A model generated the notes under the pieces. It made no database searches. It saw only the letters and a program-made list of their open reading frames with translations, and was not told the DNA's origin. This document shows positions 31,860 through 41,100 of a DNA stretch of 64,000 bases, in pieces. The first letter of the stretch is position 1, and every line of letters begins with the position of its first letter. The stretch comes from Marispirochaeta sp. (GTDB taxonomy: Bacteria > Spirochaetota > Spirochaetia > JC444 > Marispirochaetaceae). Where the stretch lies: the NCBI GenBank assembly GCA_963676835.2, contig CAXXFF010000002.1, positions 160,001 to 224,000 of the forward strand, given 5' to 3'. The translations under genes and the position numbers were made by a program.

Positions 31860-33016
31860 ACCGCAGAGGCTATACGCTCCAGGCCCTCTTCCAGGAGGGC
31901 CCGGGGGCAGCCGAAATTAAGACGCATATGCCCCTCTCCGCCTTCACCGAAACTGACACCGGGATTAAGTCCCACCAGTGCTTTTTCCGCAAAAAATCTT
32001 TTCAACTCACCGTCATCCATGCCCAGTCCGGAACAGTCCAGCCAGCTTAAAAATGTGGCTTCCGGCAGGTTCGATGAAATACCGGAATTAAGGGATGCAA
32101 AAAAATCCTGAACCAGCCTGCGGTTACCGTCCAGATAGCTAATTAATCCGTCCAGCCAGTCGTCACAGGCGGTAAAGGCCGCCTCCAGGGCAGTAAGACC
32201 GAACAGATTTGCATGACCGCTGATTCCGGGAAGCCCGGCTTTAAAACGGCTGAACACTTGCGGATCTGTTCCTATTACCACCGATGTGGCAAGCCCCGCA
32301 ACATTAAAGGTCTTTGATGCGGCAATGCAGGTCAGCGTCCTTGAAGCTGTATCAGCGTTAAGGGACGCAAAGGGAATATGCTCATTTTCGGGAAAAATTA
32401 TTTCGCCGTGGATCTCGTCGGAAATCACCATCAGATTATGGCGGGAACAGATTTCTGCAAGCTTTTGAAGCTCATCCCTCCGCCAGACCCGGCCCACCGG
32501 ATTATGGGGACTGCAGAGAAGCAGCATTGATGCCCGGGAGGCAAGTTCCTCAAGATTCTCATAATCGATGGAATATTCGCCCCCCTCACTGCAGCGAAGA
32601 GGGTTTTCCAGGAGGGTTCGACCCTCTTCTTTTATTATGGAATAAAAAGGCGGATATACCGGAGTCATACAGATAACCCCGTCTCCGGGACTGCTGAAAC
32701 TGCGGACAGCGGCAGCCATGGAAGGGACAACTCCCGCCATAAAATGGATATCCCCGGGCTTAACATTCCAGCTGTAGAGACGCTGCATACGGGCAACAAC
32801 GGCCTCCTGCACGCTGCTGCTTTCCTTGGTATACCCGAAAACCGGATGCTCCACCCGTTCGGTCAGAGCCCGCAGAACCGGACCTGGTACGGGAAAATCC
32901 ATATCTGCCACCCAGAAAGGCAGAACCTCTTCGGAACCGTACAACCTGCCGCATAAATCCCACTTGATAGCATCGGTTCCCCGGCGTTCAATAACCTGAT
33001 CAAAATATCCATCCAT
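31856..33016 (-). CDS. patB: MalY/PatB-family PLP cystathionine beta-lyase
   Basis: WVADMDF, CSPHNPVGRVW, SDEIH, SKTFN, RLNFGCP. Confidence 0.9.
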   Translation of the reverse strand: MDGYFDQVIERRGTDAIKWDLCGRLYGSEEVLPFWVADMDFPVPGPVLRALTERVEHPVFGYTKESSSVQEAVVARMQRLYSWNVKPGDIHFMAGVVPSMAAAVRSFSSPGDGVICMTPVYPPFYSIIKEEGRTLLENPLRCSEGGEYSIDYENLEELASRASMLLLCSPHNPVGRVWRRDELQKLAEICSRHNLMVISDEIHGEIIFPENEHIPFASLNADTASRTLTCIAASKTFNVAGLATSVVIGTDPQVFSRFKAGLPGISGHANLFGLTALEAAFTACDDWLDGLISYLDGNRRLVQDFFASLNSGISSNLPEATFLSWLDCSGLGMDDGELKRFFAEKALVGLNPGVSFGEGGEGHMRLNFGCPRALLEEGLERIASAV

Positions 33017-33111
33017 GCGCCCATAGTAATGGGGCCGCGATTTTAGGTAAAGAGCCTATGGGTTCACCAAAATGGATGACATGGATATAATGATGCCGTT
33101 CTGGAGGATGA

Positions 33112-33696
33112 ATGCACCAGCTTTATGATGAAAAAGACTGTGTCTACAAAGGCGAGTCCATCAATGAAACTATCAGTAACTACTTTGCAGGCCACGAGCA
33201 GGTACCCGGGTCAAGAAACCAGCTGAACTCTGCCCTGACCCAGGCAAAAGCCACTCATCAGACGGTAATTTCCGCAAAAACCGGGCTCACCGCAGCCTGG
33301 GACAACCGCAATCAGGAATATCTGCTCATCGCAAAAGATGAGTACAACCCCGCAAATCTGGCAGCAGTCCTCTTTGATCTGCTTGTAGATGATTCAGGAA
33401 GCCTTGAACTTGAAGAAATCTTAAGTGAAGTGGATGAACTTATCGACCGCTACATAGGCCGTATCGAGAGAATGGAAGAGCTGGATTTTTCCGGCGAGAA
33501 GCAGCAGCTGAAATCTCTCATAAAAACCATGAGAGAAACCATTTCCATGGTGGATGAGGCCGAACTCAGCGACAGCGAACTGGAACGCTTAAGCGACCAG
33601 ATAGACAACGACTATTATGCTCCGGCAGCAGAAACCCTGGAGAAAATCCTGGAAAGGATAGCTCTTCCCCTGCGCCTGGCAGGCAGCGAAACCTGA
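33112..33696 (+). CDS. Hypothetical acidic helical protein
   Basis: 194-aa ORF with GGAGG RBS; no motif recognised. Confidence 0.7.
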   Translation: MHQLYDEKDCVYKGESINETISNYFAGHEQVPGSRNQLNSALTQAKATHQTVISAKTGLTAAWDNRNQEYLLIAKDEYNPANLAAVLFDLLVDDSGSLELEEILSEVDELIDRYIGRIERMEELDFSGEKQQLKSLIKTMRETISMVDEAELSDSELERLSDQIDNDYYAPAAETLEKILERIALPLRLAGSET

Positions 33697-33700
33697 CCGA

Positions 33701-34279
33701 TTAACCGACCGAGCCGGCGAGTCCTATTTCGGCTGCCGCCGGCTGCATTCCGGCAATTGTTTCTGAAATCAACTCCGAAAGCTCCATCCCCAGCATCTCC
33801 GCCCCGGAAGCTATAATCTCCCGGTTGGCTCCCGCAGCAAAGGCTTTCTGGTTCCACTTCTTTTTAACCGACTTGGCCGTCATATCAAGAATGCTCTTTG
33901 AGGGACGAACCAGAGCCGTTGCGGCAATAAGACCGGAGAGCTCATCGGTGGCAAACAGGACCTTTTCCATAGGGGTTTCAGGCTTTACCTGATTCACAAT
34001 ACCGTATCCATGACTTACAACTGCCCGGATCAATTCTGCCGGCCACTTGTTCTCTTTCAGAAGCTCTTCGGTTTTTACACAATGCTCTTCCGGCCACTGT
34101 TCGTAATCGAGGTCATGGACAAGACCGACAACACCCCATACTTCGGGATCTCCGTCAAACCGGGATGCGAGATGACGCATCACCGCTTCCACACTGAGTG
34201 CATGACGGATAAGGTTGTCGCTTTTTGTGTATGTAGTTAAAAGGGAAAACGCCTCTTCTCTGCTGGGGACTTCCGCCAT
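33701..34279 (-). CDS. HD-domain hydrolase (HDIG-like)
   Basis: Start taken at ATG 34279 (GGAGG RBS); HALSVE, VHDLDYE, DELSGLI, F(A)AGANRE. Confidence 0.85.
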   Translation of the reverse strand: MAEVPSREEAFSLLTTYTKSDNLIRHALSVEAVMRHLASRFDGDPEVWGVVGLVHDLDYEQWPEEHCVKTEELLKENKWPAELIRAVVSHGYGIVNQVKPETPMEKVLFATDELSGLIAATALVRPSKSILDMTAKSVKKKWNQKAFAAGANREIIASGAEMLGMELSELISETIAGMQPAAAEIGLAGSVG

Positions 34280-34399
34280 GACTGACCTCCGATTGTGACT
34301 GTAGGGTACCTGTAGATACAGAATTGTACCATACAAGTTACCGGGATTGGAAAATTAATGATCTTGCACGGTACGACGCCTGCAGGGTATGGTACAGAT

Positions 34400-35251
34400 A
34401 TGAAAGGTGTAATAGTTGCAGCCGGGTACGGAACCCGTTTTCTTCCGGCAACCAAGACAATCCCCAAGGAAATGCTTCCTTTAATAGATAAGCCGGCCAT
34501 TGAGTTTATTATCGAAGAGTTTGCCGCAGCGGGCATTAAAGAAGTACTGATTATCTCCTCCAGAAGAAAGAAAAGCCTGGAAGATTACTTCGACCGGGAA
34601 GTTGAGCTGGAAGAGGTTTTCCGCCGGGAAGGTGCGGAAGAGAAACTGAAAAAGATTGCACCTTCGGACATGGAAGTATTTATTACCCGCCAGCGGGAAA
34701 TGCGCGGAACCGGCCACGCGCTGCTTGCAGCCAGATCTTTCTGCGGCAATGAACCTTTTATCGTCGCCTACCCGGATGATCTGCACTTCGGAGAACCTCC
34801 TCTGGCACTGCAGTTAGTGGAGGCCTATAACAAAACAGGCTGCTCGGTAATGTCCACCCTGCACAACCCGCCCAACCTGGAACGCTACGGGGTGCTGGCT
34901 TTAGCTGCCGACGGGCAGCATGTTACCGACATCGTGGAAAAGCCTGCACCAGGCAAAGCGCCTTCGAAAGAGGCATCTATCGGACGCTATCTTTTTACTC
35001 CGGATATTTTTACCCACCTTGAACAAGGGTGGAAAGACCATCTTTCAGGAAAAGATGCCGAAAATGAGTACTATCATGTTTATGCATTAAAACAGCTTAT
35101 GGATGCGGGACAGGTGATTTATCATCCCATTGAAGGTGAACGCCTGGATACCGGCGCCCCTGCAGGATACCTGAAGGCAGTTTTAAAATACGCCTCCCGC
35201 TTTCCGGAACTGGCGGAAGAAATTAAGGCTGCGGCGGCTGAGCTTTCTTAA
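34400..35251 (+). CDS. galU: UTP-glucose-1-phosphate uridylyltransferase
   Basis: AAGYGTRFLPATKTIPKEMLP, GTGHA, VEKP. Confidence 0.92.
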   Translation: MKGVIVAAGYGTRFLPATKTIPKEMLPLIDKPAIEFIIEEFAAAGIKEVLIISSRRKKSLEDYFDREVELEEVFRREGAEEKLKKIAPSDMEVFITRQREMRGTGHALLAARSFCGNEPFIVAYPDDLHFGEPPLALQLVEAYNKTGCSVMSTLHNPPNLERYGVLALAADGQHVTDIVEKPAPGKAPSKEASIGRYLFTPDIFTHLEQGWKDHLSGKDAENEYYHVYALKQLMDAGQVIYHPIEGERLDTGAPAGYLKAVLKYASRFPELAEEIKAAAAELS

Positions 35252-35259
35252 AATTCAAT

Positions 35260-35862
35260 TTATAGAAAATTAAAGATCCCCAGAAGTGCGGCCAGCAGGG
35301 TAAACCCGAGACCCATGGTCCACTGTATGGCGGAAAAGCGTTTATCGAAGGCATCAAAGCGCATATCTACAGCATAAAACCGTTCATCCATCTGCTTTTG
35401 TACGGATTCAAAACGCTTATCCACGGCAGCAAAACGCTCATCCATCTGTTTCTGCAAGGATTCAAAACGCTTATCCATAGCATAAAAACGCTCGTCCATC
35501 TGCTTCTGCACAGACTCAAAGCGCTTGTCCATGGCATTAAAACGCTCATCCATCTGTTTTTGCATGGATTCAAAACGCTCGTCCATCTGTTTCTGCACGG
35601 ACTCAAAACGCTTGTCCATGGCATCAAAGCGCTCGTCCATCTGCTTCTGCACAGACTCAAAGCGTTTGTCCATGGCATCGAAGCGGGTCACCATTACCTG
35701 ACGCTGAGTTTTGAGTTCTTCCTCGATGCGTATTGAGCGTTCGATAAGATCGAGTTCACGCTCTCCCCTGTTGGCGTGCATCCATTCGGCGAGGTGAAGC
35801 TGTACATAGTTCCCGACCTGATTAAGGGCTTCAGGACTTAATTCCACTACAGGGTCTCCCAT
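35260..35862 (-). CDS. Membrane-anchored coiled-coil repeat protein (DUF1640/Bdr-like architecture)
   Basis: Head region, 7/11-residue repeat stalk and C-terminal TM helix; GGAGG RBS. Confidence 0.8.
   Translation of the reverse strand: MGDPVVELSPEALNQVGNYVQLHLAEWMHANRGERELDLIERSIRIEEELKTQRQVMVTRFDAMDKRFESVQKQMDERFDAMDKRFESVQKQMDERFESMQKQMDERFNAMDKRFESVQKQMDERFYAMDKRFESLQKQMDERFAAVDKRFESVQKQMDERFYAVDMRFDAFDKRFSAIQWTMGLGFTLLAALLGIFNFL
35335..35685 (-). repeat. Intragenic tandem repeat of 21-nt and 33-nt units
   Basis: Seven RFxAxDK-type heptads interleaved with six RFES(V/M/L)QKQMDE hendecads. Confidence 0.95.
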
Positions 35863-35993
35863 TGTTATTCCTCCATGTATATAGATACCGGAGAAACAGG
35901 CTGCTGCTTCAGTTTATGCCAGTTTTTTTACACTTCCTCTTTTTTTACACTATCTCTAGGGTAACGCGAATTGAGAGGGAAGACAAGAGCAAT

Positions 35994-36049
35994 GCGGGGT
36001 TGTTTCGACTGCTTCGGCATCGCTCAGCACAGGTCCGCTCAACCACCGC
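35994..36049. repeat. REP-like palindromic intergenic element
   Basis: GCGGGGTTG...CAACCACCGC outer inverted repeat enclosing TTCGACT, CTTCGGCATCGCTCAGCACAGG and CCGCTCAACC motifs. Confidence 0.5.
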
Positions 36050-36087
36050 AAAAATAACGTAAAATGTATTTTTTTGCACATCTCCCC

Positions 36088-36930
36088 TCAAAAACCATCC
36101 TTAAACAATGATAACCTCCGCGACATCCTATCCACCTCTTCGCCTCTGTTCCGCTTGAGAGCGCCTGTCTTCCAGATGTCTATCTTCTTTTCCAGCATCG
36201 CAAGAGCTTCCATTTGCCGGGGTTCGGGCAGGAGCTTTTTTTCAAGCAGACAAAACAACGCCTCCATGCGAAACTCCTCTATCTGTCCGTACTTTTCCGA
36301 AAGCTGATCCCATTCCCCGGCCCGTTTTATCGTCAAAGCCTCATCTATGTAGGCTACAGGATAGCGGGCAGTCAGGCGGAGCCAGAACTCATAGTCTTCT
36401 GCCACCTCAAGGGTCTCATCAAAGCCGCCGAGGGTTTCAAATACAGTTTTACGCATCATTACCGTAGAGGGGCCTATGGTGCATTTCCAGAGAGCGTCGG
36501 CAAAGATATCGCCTTCCCGCTGATGCTTCTGTCCTTTCTGGCTTACAGTTTTTTCTCCCCGCTTCCAGAGTTCCCGGGTATGCACCAGGGGTATTTCAGG
36601 CTGAGCATCAAGGAGATCAGTCTGTTTTTTCAGCTTTTCCGGCAGATAGAGGTCGTCGGAATCGAGAAACGCCAGGTATTCTCCCCGGGCGGCGGCTGCG
36701 CCGCGGTTGCGGGAAGCGCCGGGCATGCCGGTGCGTTGCGGCGCCAGGTAACGGAGGTCAGGATCATCAGCAAGTGATGGGGTATTATCAGTGGAGCCGT
36801 CGTCCACGACGATGAGTTCATAATCGGTAAAGGTCTGAGCTCGGACCGAAGCTATGGCTTCACACAGCAGGGTGTAACGGTTGTATGTAGGGATAATTAC
36901 GGAGACATTCGGCAGTTGGGCTTTATTCAT
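36088..36930 (-). CDS. Glycosyltransferase family 2
   Basis: VSVIIPTYNR, VDDGSTD, FLDSDD, EDYEFWLR. Confidence 0.92.
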   Translation of the reverse strand: MNKAQLPNVSVIIPTYNRYTLLCEAIASVRAQTFTDYELIVVDDGSTDNTPSLADDPDLRYLAPQRTGMPGASRNRGAAAARGEYLAFLDSDDLYLPEKLKKQTDLLDAQPEIPLVHTRELWKRGEKTVSQKGQKHQREGDIFADALWKCTIGPSTVMMRKTVFETLGGFDETLEVAEDYEFWLRLTARYPVAYIDEALTIKRAGEWDQLSEKYGQIEEFRMEALFCLLEKKLLPEPRQMEALAMLEKKIDIWKTGALKRNRGEEVDRMSRRLSLFKDGF

Positions 36931-37009
36931 GGTTATGCCGATAAGTATACGTAAGGCATCACCCTGCTACAAGCGCTGGAAAAGGTGATAGCCCTGAGGT
37001 ATATTGTTA

Positions 37010-38152
37010 ATGATGAAATCCGTACACAGTATTACGCTGCTGACAGTTTTTGCTGCTCTCGTTTTTTCAGGCTGCTCGGAGGTTACCGGGGGGTTTGAGG
37101 AGTATGCGGGGGTGAATTTACTGGAGTACAACAGCGGAGCGAGTGTGCATGATTTTGTATCAGGGGACTGGACAGACGCAGCTGCTGACGCCAACTACTT
37201 TGTTGCCAATTTTGCTGACACTCCGCCGGATAGTACTGGACTTCCGGCGGCAGTTGTAAACTGTGCGAGCCTTGAGATCCCCAACCTTGTGACCAATGGC
37301 GACTTTGAAAACGGGGGTACCGCCAACTGGTCAACTGCAGGCGGAAATACTGCTGCATCCGATGGGCTTTCCGAGTTGGACGGCACTTTCTCTCTTTGGT
37401 TTTCAACTCTGGCATCTCAGGCCAATATGGTTGAATACGACCTTACCTCCCTTCCTGACGGTTTTGTGAATAATGCAAACTATTATTTTCAGTTCGACTT
37501 TAAAGGAATAAATGTTAACCGCTTTGAAATAAACGGCGGCAACACCGGCGGATTGGATACGCAGTACTTCTCACCTCCATGGGAGCAGAGTACTGAAGGA
37601 GGGTCCTACGTCCGCTACAGCATCGGTGATGTAACTTCCGACACTCTTGTAAGTGATAGCGGAAGTGCCACGCCCTGTTTCTCAATCGGGACTCAGAATC
37701 CCGACCTACAGCAGGGACAGGAAGGCTATCTGGATAACTTTCAGGTAGTGCGTGCAGATATAGATAAATGGATTTATTTTGAGGTTACCCTGGAAGAAAC
37801 AGGCAGACTCGCCCTTGTTTCCGGTACCTATGAGTTTTCTTTTTATGTCCGTACTGATACAACACGGACAACACCTACGGTATTAAATACCTTTCTCCCG
37901 ACTGCGGTTGCGGTACAGATAGAGGACCTTACCCCCTATCCCAACAGCAATAGCTGGACTTCAACAGCATATGCATCCGGATGGGATGCTTCATGGCAGC
38001 AGATATCAGTACACACAGAACTGATAGATATTGAAACAAGCGTTGCTCCCGCTGATCCTGTTTTGCGTCTTGGAATATGCCCTACCGATTTTTTTAACCA
38101 GGCATCGGGGCTTCTGTTTATATCCACCCCGACTTTGTCCCTGGTTCTTTAA
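37010..38152 (+). CDS. Hypothetical lipoprotein with carbohydrate-binding-like (galactose-binding fold) domain
   Basis: Lipobox FSGC; NLVTNGDFENG...W motif typical of CBM4/9-like modules; start taken at ATG 37010 from RBS spacing. Confidence 0.7.
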   Translation: MMKSVHSITLLTVFAALVFSGCSEVTGGFEEYAGVNLLEYNSGASVHDFVSGDWTDAAADANYFVANFADTPPDSTGLPAAVVNCASLEIPNLVTNGDFENGGTANWSTAGGNTAASDGLSELDGTFSLWFSTLASQANMVEYDLTSLPDGFVNNANYYFQFDFKGINVNRFEINGGNTGGLDTQYFSPPWEQSTEGGSYVRYSIGDVTSDTLVSDSGSATPCFSIGTQNPDLQQGQEGYLDNFQVVRADIDKWIYFEVTLEETGRLALVSGTYEFSFYVRTDTTRTTPTVLNTFLPTAVAVQIEDLTPYPNSNSWTSTAYASGWDASWQQISVHTELIDIETSVAPADPVLRLGICPTDFFNQASGLLFISTPTLSLVL

Positions 38153-38171
38153 TAGCGGATCAACAAAACCT

Positions 38172-41100
38172 TTACTTTACAATCATAACCTTCCGGTACT
38201 CATCGAAGTCCGGACCGACAACCCGGATAAAGTAGATCCCCCGGGCTACTGTGAGTCCTCCCCGGTTGGTTCCATCCCAGGTTACCGTATGCTCACCTGC
38301 CGCCTGTACTCCCCGCTGCAGTGTATTCACCACATCTCCGTCCAGGCCGAATACGGTTATGGTAACCATACCGGTTTCAGGCACTTCGTAATTCAGGACA
38401 GCAAGCTCACCGGTAGAAGGTTTGATAACATTATTCAGTATGGTAACTCCTGCTGTCTGCCTGGTCAGATCCCGAACCGGCAGAATCCAGGGAGCGATAT
38501 CCCGCGGATCCTCCGGATCAAGGCTTCTCGCGCAGTAGAGGTTCCCAAGCTTGAAGAGAAGTTCAAGGTCTTTCCCGGCAACCATATCAACATCTCCGCT
38601 GGGAATGAGAAAATCGCGTAACGACCCGGCGGTACTTATCGAGGAGAGAGCCCTGGCATTCAGGTTTGCCGCAGGGTTGAACTCAGGGATCAGTACGGGC
38701 AGCCAGAACCCGTTAACCAGAGTCGATGCGGGGGGATCAGCATCCAGAATAAGAGTAGTACCGTATCCGGCAGCAGTAGTGGACAGAATATCCGCTTCGA
38801 GGGTTACATCACGGTCCATAACCTTGCCGCCGCCGGAAAAATCACGAATAGTATAGAACCCTCCGCCGTAACTTGAATCATCATGCAGCCCGTCTGAAGC
38901 CCATACAGGAGTAATGACTCCCAGACCTATATCGCTGATTCTATGGGTAACCCCGATATCCGTTACATTGGTTACCTTGTCCTCCACGATCATACTGATA
39001 GTCTGAGTAAAGATATCATCTTCAACAATATTCGCATTAAGATTGAGGTAAGCTTCCTTGGCCCCGCCGATTTCCCGGGAGAGAATAGTTACAGAGCTTA
39101 CTGTAAAACCAGTTACGGTAAAGTCCGTAGCAATAATATCCGTTGAGGTCAGGGCATCATTCCATACAGGCTCTGAAAACTTCACATAGATTTTATCATC
39201 TCCCACCACTGCAAGTGAGTAAAGGATTCTGGGTGGAGTTCTCTCCATACAATGCAAGTCCGTCGCAGTCTGAAGGAGGTTTCCTGCCAGGTCTGTTATT
39301 AGACCGCTGCTGTTGTAGCTTAAATAGATATCATCCAGATCCGTAAAGCCTCCGGCCTCTCCAAAGGTAATAGAGAAGTAGGGATCATCAGCTGTATTTA
39401 CAGGTCCCTGAAAAAGACTTGCGGCACCATTATCAGTAACGTTGGTAAGAAATGCTACAGCGGGATCCAGATTGTTCACGCCGCCTCCCAGGCTGCGAGA
39501 TAACCCGAAAGCTGCACTTACACCAGCCTGCTGTAGCGTATTGTCCCGCACTCCCCGGGGATAGCCGGGAAGAGATTCGACATCTGGATGATCGGTATCC
39601 GAATCAAAACTGGATCCCAGACCATTATAATCACTGAGGTCCTCTACAGGGCAGTCAAAGATGTGTATTTCGACCCGGTCTGTAACCGTATTAAGATCAG
39701 TATCCTTGGTAACAATCTCGTAGTAACCAGATGCAACACCACCGGGAACGTGAGCTGCAATCTGAGGAGGATCCACATCCCATCCGGCATTTCCGATGGT
39801 ATTGTCTATCTCACCAAGGATTGCCGCAGCAGTACTGTCGGAAGCTGAAAAACTGTTGCCCGCCGCATCGGTAATATTGGTATTGGCGACTATGGAAAAT
39901 CCTGCGGCGCCCACAGGATCGGTGGCGCTGGTGATATAACCCTGATACAGGCCGGTAACGTCCCGGTAGCCTGTAAGAACAATCTCAACTTCCTGATCCC
40001 GGCCGATAAGTCGGTAGAATGCATCGGTCTGGCTGGTAGCGTCCCGGGTACCGGTGGATACCGTACCGGTGTAGGAAAAATAGCCTGCAACAGTTACTGT
40101 GCCGGCTCCATTGATATAGCCTCCCAGCTCAGAACCCGTATAGGATGTTGCCCGCAGACCGTCGGCTGCGGTGTTTACACCGGCAGCAATAGTGGGAAGA
40201 TCCACCGCTTCCGAATAGATAAGCCGGAAGTAGTTGTGAAAGTTTCTATGATCCGCCACATCCTGATTTTCCCGGCCGGCATAGACCGCAAGAAGAACAG
40301 GATCACAGCCGTCGGCGGTGGCGGTATACAGAACATCCCCGGCAGCAGTGGCAGTGGAGTAGTTGGCAATCTTGTTGCCCCCCAGGTCGTAATAGTCACC
40401 TTTTACTATGGCAACATCGGGAACAACCGACTGTGCAGTACCGTCCCAGTCGGTACTTACCATTCCGGCGGCATCTCCCGCAGAAGTTCCCGTAGCATCG
40501 CTGTTCCAGGTTACCGGAGTCCCCAGTTCTGCCAGGTACAGTGTGGCTGCACTGACACCCAGCGCACCGTTGGGGGTGTTGGTAACATATCCCGTACCGA
40601 TGGTATCAAAGGCAGTGGTTTCGCCGTCAATCAGGATATTGGACGCCAGTATCTCACTGTTTACATTATACAGAGATTCAGTAAAGGCAATCTCCAGAAC
40701 CCGGTCGGAAACTGTCTGGGCAGTATTGATGCGGGGGGCTGTAAAGTCAAATCCCCGGGCATAGGCCAGGGTCTCTGCGTCCGTCGGAGTATTTGCTACG
40801 GCGGTATTGTTGTTATTAACAGTATTAACCACTGCTGATGGCGAGGATGCGGCAATTACTCCGGCGGTAACGGTTGTGTTATCTACTGTTGCGTTAAGTA
40901 CAACATTATAGACAGACCCCCAGCCGCCGCCGGTACGGTCGGAACCGCTGACATCCTGCAGGTCGAGATCACCATTAACCAGGTCTGCGCCGTTTACAAA
41001 GAAATCTCCCGTTACATCGATAGTGGAGGTTCCCAGGTCGCCGAGGGATCCCGTATAGGCGGGAGCCACGGAATAGGCAAGAGATGCCCTGTCGGGATAG

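Noticed and set aside
35335..35685. Regularly spaced repeats as a CRISPR array
   Set aside because: No unique spacers; units are multiples of 3 and lie in frame within an ORF; no cas genes
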